Made by a program: the position numbers and the translations under genes | Shown here: piece by piece, positions 13,435-26,745 of the stretch | How positions within the stretch are numbered: position 1 is the stretch's first letter | Layout: every line of letters starts with the position of its first letter | The notes under the pieces: generated by a model | What the model saw: the letters and a program-made list of their open reading frames with translations, nothing else | Database searches by the model: none | What the model was told of the DNA's origin: nothing | DNA from: Chiloscyllium plagiosum | Lineage: Eukaryota | Length of the DNA stretch: 64,000 bases | Assembly (NCBI RefSeq): GCF_004010195.1 | Contig: NC_057711.1 | Span: 77,260,795-77,324,794 of the forward strand | Direction: 5' to 3'

Positions 13435-14109
13435 GAGTTTGACAAGATTCCCCATGGAAGACTAGTTAGCAAGGTTAGATCTCACGGAATACAGTGAGAA
13501 CTAGCCATTTGGATACAGAACTGGCTCAAAACGTAGAAGACAGAGGGTGATGGTGGAGGGTTGTTTTTCAGATTGGAGGCCTGTGACCAATAGAGTGCCA
13601 CAACGATCGGTGCTGTGTCCTCTACTTTTTGTCATTTACATAAATGATTTGGATGCGAGCATAAGAGATACAGTTAGTACGTTTGCAGATGACACCAAAA
13701 TTGGAGGTGTAGTGGACAGCAAAGAAGGCTACCTCAGAATCTTGATCAGAATGGCCAATGGGCCGAGAAATAGCAAATGGAGTTTAATTTAGATAAATGC
13801 GAGGTGCTGCATTTTGGGAGAGCAAATCTTAGCAGGACTTACATACATAATGGTAAGGTCCTAGGGAGTGTTGCTGAACAAAGACCTTGGAGGGCAGGTT
13901 CATAGCTCCTTGAAAGTGGAGTCGCACATAGATAGGACAGCGAAGGAGGCAATTGGTATGCTTTCTTTTATTTGTCTGAGTATTGAGTACAGGAGTTGGG
14001 AGGTCATGTTGTGGCTGTACACAACATTGGTTAGGCCACTGTTAGAATATTGTATGCAATTCTGGTCTCCTTCCTATCGGAAAGATGTTGTGAAACTTGA
14101 AAGGGTTCA

Positions 14110-14210
14110 AAGTTTGTGCGAAGATTTGTAGCTCGGGTGCTCGTTGTTGTGGTTCTGTTCGCCGAGCTGGAAGTTTTTGTTGCAAACGTTTCGTCCCCTG
14201 GCTAGGCAAC
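14110..14210 (-). mobile_element. Short Penelope-like terminal fragment inserted in CR1
   Basis: Nearly identical to 39323-39420; it replaces about 35 bp of CR1 sequence that other copies retain. Confidence 0.88.
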
Positions 14211-15134
14211 GATCTGAGCTACAGGGAGAGGCTGAACAGGCTGGGGCTGTTTTCCCTGCAGCATCGGAAGCTGAGGGGTGACCTTATAGAGGTTTACAAA
14301 ATTATGAGGGGCATGGATAGGATAAATAGACAAAGTCTTTTCCCTGGGGTCGGGGAGTCCAGAACTAGAGGGCATAGGTTTAGGGTGAGAGGGGTAAGAT
14401 ATAAAAGGGACCTAAGGGGCAACCTTTTTCACACAGAGTGTATGGAATGATCTCCAATCACTCGTCGGCATGGACGGGTTGGACCGAAGGATCTGTTTCC
14501 ATGCTGTACATCTCTATGACTTTCGAAAATGCCAAGACCTCACACTTAGCTGTATTAAACTCCATTTGCTATTTCTCGGCACTCTTTCCCAGCTGATTAA
14601 GCTAGTGCTGCAATTTCTGATGATGTTCCTCACTGTCCAACATACCGCTTGTTTTAGTGTCATCTGCAAACTTACTAATCATGCCTTTCTCATCCAAATC
14701 ATTGATACAGATAACAATAAGCAATGGGCCCAGCACCAACCCGAGGCACTCCAATCCAACAAGCATTCTTCTACAATTACCCTCTGCTTCCCAGCATCAA
14801 GCCAATTGTACCTCCAATTTGCTAGCTCCACCTGGATTCCATCTGATCTAACATTTCAGAGCAGTCTACCATGTGCAACCTTATCAAAGGCCTTCCTGAA
14901 ATCCATACAAACTACGTCAATCACCCTGCCCTTATCGACTGAGAAAATGAAAGTGTGACCCTCAGCTTGTTTACTGTTGTCTGTGTGACATCTCTGCATA
15001 GTAATGCATTTTAGAAGTCAGTCTCAAACCATCTTTCCTTTTCAGGGATGACAGCCACCTGCCTTCCCCTGCTAGAATCCTGCTTATATAGTGTTGTTTG
15101 GGGTCAGAAACCTGTATTCTGATGAGAATTGATT

Positions 15135-15312
15135 GAAGTGGAGGCTGGTACAATTACAACATTTAAAAAAGGTATCTGAATGGTTATACAAATAGGAACG
15201 GCTTGGAGGGAAATCAGCCAAGCTTTTGCAAATGGGATTAGGTCGGATTTGGATGCCGCGATGAGTTGGACCAAAGGGTCTGTTTCCCTACTGTATGATC
15301 CTATGACTCTAC
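15135..15312 (+). mobile_element. CR1 3' end fragment
   Basis: gtggaggctggtacaattacaacatttaaaa..ctgtatgatcctatgactct. Confidence 0.85.
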
Positions 15313-15849
15313 AAGCACAGATGCTCACAATGAGTGAGACCTTCATTGAAATGGAGACTTGTACCCTATCCAATTAGAGCCAGACATAGGTCAGATGAAG
15401 TGTGCAACAAATTTAGATTCCACAATGGAAGCCAGAGAGAGACTGCTGCTGCCCAAAAGAAGGTAACTGCTGTTTGTGACAAAGCTTCCACAGTGCCAAA
15501 GTGAACAGAAAAGGAGCTGGGACCTGGAACCAGAGACAGGGCTGCCCTTAACGTCATTGATGTCTGCTTGGATCTAAATTTGGAAAGACGGGTCCTCTTC
15601 CAGGTGGTGGCATAAGATGGTCACCTCACAAGTGGAGAATTAAGTGGGTCATTGAGCAATCGTCTTATAGTCACTGCTTTAATTCCCGCGCAATGCACAA
15701 ATGATGGTACTTTAAGACAAACAACTGGGACTCCAGGTGTTACTACCACCTTAACAGGAAATATCAAAGGAGATGTTCTCTCACCCCACCTCTTTCAGCA
15801 TTCCACAGAGACCATTCCCTCCACGACTCCCTCGTTATGCACATTGGGG

Positions 15850-16460
15850 GTTAAAGTGCAGATCTGAAGCAATGCGACTGGTGGAGGATATGCAATCATG
15901 AAAGATGTCAAGCAAGTATGAACAAATATGGAGCACAAGGTTGGGTATTGAGCAAACCCTTCCAGTTGATGGATTACAGAGTGATCACTGGATGCCTTGA
16001 TGGTAATATGATAATGCCAAAAGCTCGGAGAATCCACAAACATGAGGTGAAGCACAATATTCCTTGTTCCTGAGGCTACATCTGTAGCAAAATGAATGTA
16101 CTGCTCAGCCCTGGCAAAAAAGACAGTGATCATGTGAGATGCCACGTTGAAGAATGCCACCAAGGTCAGCAACTGATCTCTGAGAGGATGCAGAAGTACA
16201 GCAAGGCCATGTTGACTTTAATGGCCATAGACATGGTGAGAACAACTGAGGGGTAAAAGACATTTTTGTTACAGGACCACAGAGGCTGGACAGTCAGTTC
16301 CCATGCTGGATCCGAGACATCTTCAGGGAGCATATCTTTGACAGCTGATCCTGTGTTAAGGACATGGCTTTCATCGTCTTCTTCCTCCTCTTTTGTCTCC
16401 CATGCCCCCGAGTGGCTCGGGTCCACCCTCTCTGCTGTGTGTTTTGCCCAACATCGCGAC
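15850..16460 (-). pseudogene. Decayed PIF/Harbinger (HARBI1-like) transposase
   Basis: Across frameshifts and in the expected order: MAIKVNMALLYF (helix before the GSFQ motif), FFARAEQYIHFATD, HITIKA (from DxTHIxIKAP), INWKG (from INRKG), HILHQS. Confidence 0.7.
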
Positions 16461-18289
16461 TGACCACAAAACCAGTCTTACCCATCCCCTCCCTCCCCAC
16501 GTTCATCCTTCTTCTGGACCATGTGACTATTTCACTGTTTGGCAGCCCTGCCCTGTGCTCGTATCCCATGAAGGCAAGGCATTGGTGGGGTCATGGTGGT
16601 GGGCTGAAGACCCATTCAATGCCCAATTGCCCACTTGCTTCATCACATGCTGTGCCAACAGCACCTACTTTGAAAACACCAAGAATCTCTTTATTCTCTT
16701 AAGCAGTAATACAAAGGCAGTCATGTTCTGATCAGAAAGAGTCAGTAACCACATGAACAATTTCTTCAACAACTTAAACATGCCACAGCACGAGCCATGC
16801 AGGATCGCTGTCTCACCTTGTCCTGGCCCTGGTTTACATTGGAATGACCTCCTGAAACTAACACCCTCCTCCATTCCCAACTTCGAGGGAGAGCCTGAAT
16901 ATTCAGCCCAGTGAATTGGTCTATATCCTAACCCAGTGTGCACAAGGACCAATTAAAAACGGTACTTATCACAAATTATATCTTTCAAGCAATAACGCAC
17001 AAAAATAAAAATTACATTAACAAAAATAGCACTGTTTCATTGCTACTACTGATTTTTCCTCCAGATGTTGATTTAAAGTTTGTATCCTTTTCATTTATGA
17101 TCAAATCATGCCGAACAACAACAAACATTAAAATCAGGTTAAACTTTATTCACTTTCAAAAAGTGTAACAGCACATTTAAACGCATTTCCTACATGCAAA
17201 AAACATTTTAGAATGTTTCAAATGAAGAAAAGGAATACATTGCATACCATACGTGAGAATAGGAGAAATGAATAGCAAAGTCAAGGCTTCAAAACCAAAG
17301 GCAGCAGAAATGAACAAAATTTCAAAAGGTAGTAGGAAGAAAAGAAATTGCCACGGGATCGGAGTAAAGTATTCCATTGATGAGAAGTGCAGAGACAGGA
17401 TCAAGATTTAAACAGGATGAGGAGGATTTCTACCCACGTTTCTGGTCAAAGAGTAATGTGACAGAATCCAAAAGAGATAGGGAAAGATAGAGAATGGAAA
17501 AATTGAAGCGTTTTCATGACACAATCTAGCAGATATACATTGCAGTTAAAAATAGTTCTCTGTCTTGTTGCTTCCCCATGTGATTGATCTAAGACAGGTC
17601 AAAAATTCGATGTTAATTACTATTGCATTATCTTTTATCAAGCAAACTTTAAAATATATCAAAATTGCTTGATTATTCTACCTCATAAGTTTGTAGACCA
17701 GTCAGCTGTTACATTCAGAGCATTATAGTAAAAATATTTGCTTAAAGGGCAAATTTGCCACAGTAAATACAACTGTTTAATAAATCCTTTCAAATTTACC
17801 AGATAATGCATTTTCTGTGATGCATAAGAACTAAATATGTTCAAGATGGAGTTACATTAACATTTGAGCAAAGTAATTCCACAATCATATGTTCATGGAA
17901 ATCAAGAGTCAGAAAACTGCTGCTGTCATTAGCACCTTATTGCTAATAGGTGCTTTAAGTGAATCATTGCAGAATTATCTGTTGTATCCAAGCACATATA
18001 ACCACAACGTAACATTGTAGTAGTGATTACACAAAGATGTAGGAAAGTCACCATTTCAACATTATTATACTTTTAACAAGCTTTATAGATTTTTGAAGGT
18101 GGCCTTCAAGAAGCTAAAATCTGAAGATGTGTCTAAATTTTTAATCGCCTTCACTATAGTCCTCTTATGGTCTCCATTACAAGAAACAACACATGGAATT
18201 ACAATCAAGTAAAGAGTGAGAAGATGGGGGCTGGGAGTGGTAGTTGAGTCAGCTCCTCTCTTTTCATCCTCCTCAGTGAGCCACAAAAC

Positions 18290-19135
18290 AGGCAATGGCG
18301 TACTGGTACGGTCATTGAATAGCAATTCAGAGACCCAGGCTAGTGCTCTGGGGCAGATATTGAAATTTGAATTTGATTAATAAACCTGGGATGAAGGTAG
18401 TTGAATGATGATCTCGAAACCATTGTGGATTGAAGCTCACTCATGTCCCTTACAGAAGGACAATCTGCTATCCTCACCTGGTATGGCCTAAATGTGGCTC
18501 CAATCCCAAATCTTAAATGCCCCTTGAGATGGCTTAGCAAGCCACACAGTTCTAAGTAACTGCTTCAAAACCTGCTATTAGGAATGAAACCAAACAGACC
18601 ACCCACCATTGACCTGGGCACTAGAAGCAACAATGGCAACCACAGTCTTGTGGACTTTGCAAATTGTTAAAATCATGAGACATACACCACAAACGAGTCA
18701 AGCAACAGATTTAGGTTGTCTGTAAGGTTGCCCATAAGGTATGAAGCTGTGAGAATGACTATATCCTAGACATTAACGACACTAACCTTAGGAACTGTCA
18801 GGACAAATCCCCTGGTGACAGATTGGTACACACTTAGGAGGAAGATGCTTGGGAATCCTTGACTCCATATTCCACAACATTTCATGCATAAGGTCAAACA
18901 TGAACAAGGAAACCTCCTACCAATTACACTTTCCCCTCAGCTGAAGAACCATGTTAAAGGATGCACGGAAGGTGGCACGAGCACAGAATGCACCCTGGGT
19001 GGGAATCTTACTGTCCACCATCAGTGAGTCTTTAACACCACTACTGAAAGAGCTGGCTGAACAGTTCTGAAGGACACAGCTGCTAAATTAGACCTAAAAC
19101 AGTGGTGAAAGGAGGAAACATATACTGATCTCAAC
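18290..19135 (+). mobile_element. Decayed 5' part of family B LINE (tRNA-like head, 5' UTR, endonuclease)
   Basis: Collinear with the reverse complement of 51102-50450 and 48860-48550: head, gtggctccaatccc, ggaatgaaaccaaacag, aaggtcaaacatgaacaaggaaacctcct, gcacagaatgcaccctgggtggg. Confidence 0.75.
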
Positions 19136-20129
19136 TTCAAAAAGATACCAAACTTGCAAATCTATTTTTATTACTGACATACATTTCCAATTTTGCTCCC
19201 AAAAAACACTAAATTTAAAAAAAAAACTAAATAAAATTTAATGAATTGAATTTCTTTTAAGAATTCAATACCAATTTCAACCAAATATAGAAAAATTCAA
19301 GGAGTACAATAAGAAAGTAAAAATCAAATGACTGAAATAAGTTCCCGTGTCCTGGATCTTGCTGTCAGTGTTTCAGCTTTACATTTAGATAACAATTATT
19401 AGTGATTATCAGTATATATTTAAACAGTTTCATACATACAAAGACACATGGTTTTTATTTTTTATTAGTCATGACAATAACAAAAAGACAATCAAGCCAG
19501 CTGTACCAAGATGAATATTTTAAAACAGCCCAAAAATATCCTACCAACGTTTTTACTTTGCTGTTCTGTATTGCTTCAAAAGAGATAGAGTTTAATTTCA
19601 TTAAAGACTAATTCTATTCCACCTTCTTCACTTAAGAAATAGAAATTCAATGAAATTAGATTGGATGGAAGTGACAATTTAATTCAGAAGCGCCTACCTT
19701 GCCAAAAGCAAACAAGAATAACAAACATGATTCATAAGGCATTTACGTGCCACACAAATGCACTCCTTGGCTTAGTACAAGAAATACTGGTATTTTACAT
19801 AGCACTTCATCATGCTTTTGGGATGACCCAACCATCTCACAGCCAATTAATTACTTTGGAAGTGCAGTCAGTGTTGATGAATGTAATTAAATACAGCAGT
19901 CAGTCACACAAAGGTCCCACAAAAAGCAATGGAATGAAAGACAAGTTAATCAGCTTTTGGTGGAGCTTGATGAGGAAGGAATATTGACCTAGCAATATCA
20001 TAATCTTCTCTCTCTCTCTCTCTCTTTCTGCCTTCCAAGCAAACAGTCGGCTAGTTTGTCCTTTCCCATACCAATTCTTCAGACACACCTCTGAGCAAAT
20101 GTAGTTGTACAATGAGGAAAATGTGGGGA

Positions 20130-20405
20130 ACATTTTTTTTTAAAGTGAGAGGAGAGAAATTTTTAAAAATTACCCTCATGTCTTTTTTAAAGAGAGTGGC
20201 TTGCATGTGGAATGAACCTCTTGAGGATATGGAAGATAGGGGTACAATTACAATATTTAAAAGACATTTGGATAAGTACATGAATAGGAAAGGTTTGGAG
20301 CGATATGGGCCAGAAGCAGGCAGGTGGGACTAGTTTAGTTTGGGATTAGTTTTGGCATGGATTGGTTGGACCGAAGGATCTGTTTCCATGCTGTATGACT
20401 CTGAC
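20130..20405 (+). mobile_element. CR1 3' end fragment
   Basis: RVACMWNEP..FKRHLDKYMNRKGLERYG followed by the 3' tail. Confidence 0.85.
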
Positions 20406-20639
20406 CATGATTATGTAGACCGATTAACTGCAGTCAGTTGTTTCTGAAACCACAGTCAGTTAATTTTCATTCCTGATAATCAACCCGTGCATTCAAATTC
20501 TTCTAACTGTTCTACTTCATGATAACATCAACAGTTACAAATCATCCCATCTTTGTTACAATGTCTATTTCATTTCGGTTATGTACTAGCACTCAGTCAA
20601 ATAACATTTTAATGTCAAAGATAGTACACCTCACCTTGA

Positions 20640-22260
20640 AAATTCAACTCTGCTGTCAATGTTTGGACCAAGAATATAATGGGTCTGGAATGGAGTCCTA
20701 ATGGAACCCAAACAGCACAGTTTGCAAATATTATAGTACTATTAAATACCATGGATTGGTGAGTAAAATGCTTGAAACTTGCGAAAAAGCCACAATGGTC
20801 ATCCATTTAGCAATTATAACTGACGATTTTTGCAAATGTTTCAACTTTGTCTTGAGCACCCAAGTGCTCTGCTTTTACTTCACTGGGGCTGTCCATGTCG
20901 CCACCTCTTCTCTCAAATTGGTTGAACGTCCACCACAATTACAATTCGATGTGGCAAGACAGCAAGACTATGGCCTAATTGATTATTTGTCTGAGAATTG
21001 CTTAGCTCCGTCTATAGCTTGTTGTGTCTGCTGTTTAACATGCATCTAGTCCTGTGTTTTTGTTTCACTGGGTTAGCATCTAAACTTCAGGTATACACAA
21101 GGCTATTCCCAGCAAACATGCACAGAAATAGCTCATTGGGCCACAATTAGTCCATCAATTTGATGATTACAGACTGAAGACTAGATCAATTTTTCAGAAT
21201 GTAATGCAGTACCATTTTACTGTTTCTGCTGTTTACAGTGCTATGGTAATCCTATACACCATGTGTTGGTATTGATGGGAAGTATATTGTATGTTCTTCT
21301 GCCTCCGTTGACAATATAAAAAGGTCGAAAAAGCAACAAATGGAATTGAACGAATCAGTGAAAAGATTCTCCACGTGCTGCTGGATTTGTGTTGTGGAGT
21401 CCACGATTCTGCAGGGATAATTGACCTTAAATATTAACTTCTATAAAGAATGTTTATGATTTTTGGCTTTCACCATAGACCTTTCATCGAGTGACTCAAC
21501 TGTACTACCACTCACTGAGAATACTGCTTCCCAACTGGACCTCTGGTTATTGGTAAAATCACAAGGCAAAAAAAAGACTTTACCCTGTATTCACAAATCT
21601 AAATGTGGTAGACGTATCTTTTCCTAAGTGTTATAACCCCAGTTGATGATATGATTGGACAAGTTGGATCCCAGCAGTAAATCTGGATTAATTAGCCATT
21701 TATGAAATTTTGTTCAGTTAACATGTTGATATCACAAACTTGTTTAGTATCATTTAAAGAATGGAATATTCTTGTCAGTTTCAAATGGAGATCAGGGCCT
21801 GTACTACCCTTTTCAGTGAGGTGGTAACAGTTGATTGGTTAAGCATTTTAAGCATCACATGGCAACATCACTTTCCAAAAGAAGAAGAGTATAAGCAGCA
21901 GCAGCCACGTTAACAACCAATAAATCCAACAGATTTTCTGCTCATCAGCAGAAGTGCTGAGGGCAACCACAAGAGACTTTCTGCTGAGCAACCAGGGCAA
22001 AGTATTGTCTAGGAAGGTGGTGATATGGCAGTGCAGAAAGATTCTCACAACTTGCAGAAAAATTTGTAGACATTGACAGCTCAGGATATTGCTGCAGCAT
22101 TAGATGACAGGAGAATCTTAGAACATTGGTGGTCACTGCAGTGACAGATAAGCAAAACACTTCCAAATGGTTCCAATTCCTTAAATGGATTAAGTCGGTG
22201 ATAACACTGGTTTGTGGTACTGCATGTGTGTACAGTAGCAGTGGATAGAAATGGCAGCGA
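20640..22260 (+). pseudogene. Possible heavily decayed retroviral env (TM/fusion subunit)
   Basis: Ordered remnants across stops and frameshifts (see findings); no intact ORF. Confidence 0.4.
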
Positions 22261-22559
22261 CAACTTGGAGAGTAGCATTAAGTCTGCTAACTTCACTTGA
22301 AAGAATTTTAAGTACAGCCCCAGTGCCCAAATAAAGGCACAAGAGTAATTTAAATATTAATTAACCATTAGAATGTGTTTTTTGTTCATCTTTTCTCAGA
22401 TTTAGCAACACGAGCATAATTCAATTACACTACATTTCAAAGCTCAGGTTAGTGAGTTAACCATTGTGAAGCACTTTTAACTTCTTATAAAGCTATATTT
22501 AAACTTACCAAATTCTTCTACTTTAGGTTAGAACCTATGTAATAGGAGCAGTAGTAAGC

Positions 22560-22935
22560 CACATGGCTAAATTGAATCAGATCATTGCTAAGAGGTTTAA
22601 AATTGTGATGGGTGTTCATAGACTAAATCAAGAGAAAGAGTTTCTAATTACTGAAGGATCAATAAATAAAGGGCATATATGCAACATGATCAGCAAAAGA
22701 ATGAGGCTACATGAAGAAAAATGCTTTTTAAAAAATGAAGATGATATTGCCTGATTTCCAAATTGAAAGGAGTTTTTAAAAATGGAAACTTGGTAAATAT
22801 TTAATGGAAATAAATTGCAGGGCTATGGAGAAAGAGCTGGGGAGTAGTAAAAAATTGGGGTACATTTAGTAAAAGCTGGCAGAGACTCAATCTGCTGAAT
22901 AGCCTCCTGCAGGGCTGTATTTTAGAGATATTCTA
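22560..22935 (+). mobile_element. Old CR1 3' end
   Basis: gaggtttaaaattgtgatggg..ataaagggcata..gcagggctatggagaaagagc. Confidence 0.6.
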
Positions 22936-22994
22936 CAGGATATCATTTCATTAGGAAAATCTTTTAATTTGATCTGGAGAAAGATGAGATAGAC

Positions 22995-23422
22995 CAGTGG
23001 TTCTCAAAGTGTGACCTGTGAACTGGCCCAAAAATGCAAGTCCCTGAAGCTGGTGTTCAGTCAGGAAAATTTGTTCATTTTTAATTCCAAAGTCTCTGAA
23101 TACCCTGGACACTCAATCACAGTTCTGAAGCACTTAGTAACATCCCCAACAAGGGTACAACTGCAAGATGGGATTATCAACGTTTGAGGAGCTAAAGATA
23201 AAGGAGGACTTTGCTGAATGTGCAACCCAAGATTAGAACCAGCTCTAAACAGAAATGAACTTATCAGTGTCTTATCAAAATGCAGAATCCTTAATCCTGA
23301 TGCGTTATTTGTACTGGCCAGTGAAAGCAGGTGGGGTAAGACCATCAAGCCATCAAAGATGTAATGGGAGCAAAGCTTTATCCCTGCCTAAATGGTTTAT
23401 AAATTTTTTTAAAAAACCACTG
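22995..23422. mobile_element. Old hAT-Charlie-like non-autonomous DNA transposon
   Basis: Left end CAGTGGTTCTCAAAG and right end aaaaaaCCACTG; the putative 8-bp TSD matches at only 4/8 positions. Confidence 0.45.
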
Positions 23423-24319
23423 ATGTCAACAGAGTTGTATTAGACTTAGCAGGTAAGTCATCATAAGTTTTGTAACAAAATTTCACCCTTTGCTGCAAGT
23501 ACAATCAGAAGGAAAAGGACATCAAAAGTCAAACATAACTAAGGCAGCAAGCGGAAGGCAAAGGGAGTTAGTAGCTGTTAAGAGTTTCTTGCCAAGAAAA
23601 CTGGATTGCCACATTTGTTAGTAAACTCGAGCTTGCAGGTTGAACAAACAAGAGCAAACTTATTGAATTAAATAAGAGCAGCAACAGTTGTAGTGAGGCA
23701 AGGCAGGGATGGTGAAAGGCTACAGGGTGGTTAATAATAATGTAAATAAACCACTTCAATATACTTAATTTTATTGATATGTACCAATTTACAGTGCAAA
23801 ATAATATGCTCAGGTATGCTTCTAGGGTTGCGAATTTAGATGAATTCACTGAGAAATTAGAGAATGGGAAAAATAATATTTTCAATAGGATGTCATTTTC
23901 TTAAGTAATTAAGGCTGTTTTCTGAATAAATGGAAATGGTTTGAAAGAAAGGCTATATTCTAGGGACTGTACAACTAATGCATGCTAGGTTTGTGACGAA
24001 GCGAAGGCAGACTCGAGCAAAACTGGCAACATGACATGACAAGAAAAAAAAGCAGATAACCAACAGATTAACAAGGATTTTGTAATTCAGAATCTTACTG
24101 CCAACAAGATATATACTGAAATTACAAGTTTTGAATATTGAAGAATTCAGATCCTGAATGCTGCAGCAAGCCAGAAAGCAGAAAAAGCAGCAATCAGCTG
24201 GCAAGCATTCAACACACAAGAGGCACACAACATTGACATCAGTGGCATTGACTTCCTGTTCCAATCTGGGACAGGAGATAGAGTGGAGGAACAAAAGGTT
24301 CTTGAAGCAGAAATTTTTA

Positions 24320-25230
24320 ATAAACAAAATCAATCCTTAAACACTGCACCACAGTTTAGAAAAGCCATAAAAAAAAAACCAAGGAATTAATTTGAAAAGT
24401 TGGGAAATTTGCTAAACCCATTTCAAACCTTGGTTAAACCACACTTGAATGTGAGCACAATCCTGGTCATCAATTTATAGATTAGATATGGAGGCACTGG
24501 AAGACATGCAAGGATGAAACCAGAAAGCTGTGGACATACATAATGCCATAAGATCGTAAGATACGGGAGCAGAATTGGGTCTTTCATCCCATTAAATCTG
24601 CCCCGCCATTCGATCTTGGCAGATATATTTCTAAATCCTATTCTCCTGCCTTCTCCCTGTAATCCTTGATCCCCTTATTAATCAAGAACCCATCTACATC
24701 TGTCTAAAATACACTCAATAATTTTGCCTCCACAACCTTCTGTAGCAATGAGTTCCACAGATTCATCACACTTTGGCTCAAGAAATTCTGCCTCATCTTG
24801 GTTCTAAAAGGTCATGCCTTCACTCTAAGGCTATGCCTTTGAGTCTTAGTCTCTCCTACAGATGGAAACACCTTCCCCACATCCACTCTACCAGGCCTTT
24901 CAGGATTCCAATAAAAAATGTCAGGAAAGAATTGATCACGTGGAACTCCGTTCTCTTCAAGAAAGGAGGCTATCAGCTCACCTATACAGCTCTTCAAAAT
25001 TACAAAAGATCTTGATAAGATGAATGCACAAAAAATGCTTTGACTTATGAGAAAAATCATAACTGATGGTCTTCAGTTAACATTGTCAAAGAAACTAAGT
25101 AGAGAATTCTGAAGGAAGGTATAACAATACAAAACTCATTGAGGGAGAAGAGAATGGAGCATCACAATGTTGGGTTTAGAACACAAACATTGACTAGTTG
25201 AGCAGAATGGCCTGTTTCTGTTCCATTTAA
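24320..25230. mobile_element. Old CR1 (+) with a nested CR1 3' end (-, about 24545-24905)
   Basis: ccttggttaaaccacacttgaat on +; antisense CR1 3' UTR and gagttccacagattca on -. Confidence 0.65.
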
Positions 25231-25796
25231 TGTATTTATAAATAGTCCTACACTGATTGGATTTCACATTTCCTGTAGTAAAATGTAAAAAAAGTAATGT
25301 TTATAGAAATGTCCATGCAGTAGTTAAGCAGTGCAGGGCCTGGTTACTAACCATGTTATTAAGTATTTTCACGAAATAAATGACTATTGGTTCCATCCAT
25401 GAACAGCTAAGTACCCAACAACAGACCTTTGTACATGTGTATCAGACACCAATATGCGAAGACCAGCCTCTGACTGCAGAAAGTACAGTAAGGTGCAGGC
25501 AGCAACTTAACTGCAATCTGGCAGCTGAATATGACATCAGTGCAAACATCAGCATCAGACAATAAGCCACACATTTTAAAACCACTGCGTGTATCAAGTC
25601 TACTCTTGGTTACCTGAGATGACAAGATCTCCCAGAAACTACAACAAAATGTGAAGGCTCTCCAAAGTAAAATCTCTTTTAATGCATCAATTACTCAGCA
25701 AACGTGCCACTCAACAATCAGAGTCTCTCAAGTTACCCATGTCTATTGTCAGCAGCCTGCAACTACTTTCCAGTATTACAAAAATTGTATAAAAGG

Positions 25797-26745
25797 AGTC
25801 ATAGAGATGTACAGCACAGAAACTGACCCTTCAGTCCAACTCATCCATGCCGACCAGATATCCCAAGTTAAGCTAGTCCCATTTTCCAGCACTTTAGATT
25901 AGATTACTTACAGTGTGGAAACAGGCCCTTCGGCCCGCCGAAGCGCAACTCACCCAGACCCATTCCCCTACGTTTAACCCTTCACCTAACACTATGGGCA
26001 ATTTAGCATGGCCAATTCACCTAACCTGCATATTTTTGGATTGTGGGAGGAAACCGGAGCACCTAGGGGAAACCCACGCAGACACGGGGAGAATGTGCAA
26101 ACTCCACACAAACTTCCCGCCTGAGGCGGGAATTGAACTCGGGTCTCTGGCGCTGTGAGGCAGCAATGCTAACCACTGTGTCACCGAACCGCCCATTTGG
26201 ACCATATCCCTCTAAACCCTTGCTATTCATAGACCCTTTTAAAATGTTGTAATTGTACCAGTCTCTATGACTTCCTCTGCAGCTCATTCCATACACGGAC
26301 CACCCTCTGCATGAAAAAGTTGTCCCTTTTAAATTTTTCCTCTCTCACCCTGAACCTGTACCCTCCAGTTCTGGACTCCCCCAATCAAGGGAAAAGACTG
26401 TCTATTTACCCTACCCAAGCACCTCATGATTTTATAAACCTCTATAAAAGGTCACTCCTTAGCCTCCGATGCTCCAGGGAAAACAGTCGCAGCCTATTCA
26501 GTCTCTCCATCGCTCAAATCCTTCAACCCTGGCAACATCCTTGCACATCTTTTCTGAATCCTTCCAAATATCACAACATCCTTTCAACAGGAGGGAGACC
26601 AGAACTGCACACAATATTCCAGAAGTGGCCTAACCAATGTCCTATAAAGTCGCAACACGACCTCAGAATTCCTATACTCAATACTCTGTCCAATAAAGGA
26701 AAGCATGCCAAATGCCTTTTTTACTATCCTATCTACCTGCAATTC
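25797..26745 (-). mobile_element. CR1 3' portion with a nested HE1 SINE
   Basis: Antisense tail gagtcatagagatgtacagcac and antisense RT C-terminus. Confidence 0.9.
25895..26194 (-). mobile_element. HE1-type V-SINE
   Basis: Full head with A/B boxes, V-domain and taatc-repeat tail. Confidence 0.93.

Larger units (their letters stand above)
10695..14521 (+). mobile_element. Near full-length but inactivated CR1 LINE: 5' UTR, ORF1 (Cys finger plus SGNH esterase), ORF2 (APE endonuclease plus RT), 3' tail
   Basis: ORF1 from 10948: CASCQMWE..CNKC, GDSL, VHIGTNN. ORF2: FNASGL..ITETWL, GDFN, KSPGP, PGNYRPVSLTS, FADDTKI. Stops, frameshifts and an internal deletion near 12490. Confidence 0.96.
10454..14940 (-). 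mobile_element. Older CR1 RT fragment (10454-10690 and 14525-14940), split by a near-complete CR1
   Basis: LVRPHLEY in the left piece and antisense tcatctgcaaac (FADD) in the right piece; the pieces are collinear across the insertion. Confidence 0.75.

Noticed and set aside
17240..17290. Minus-strand FISPILTYG as a PRUNE2 exon 2 candidate
   Set aside because: It lacks the CDLDS motif and the expected phase-0 exon end.
21520..21565. YCFPTGPLVIG resembling a hepacivirus E2 motif
   Set aside because: It is a single short match with no other flavivirus-like features. The env-like reading or chance explains it better.
21950..22010. DFLLSNQGKV as a gamma-type env immunosuppressive domain
   Set aside because: There is no preceding LQNR and no correctly placed CX6CC. 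It falls in the presumed insertion within the env candidate.
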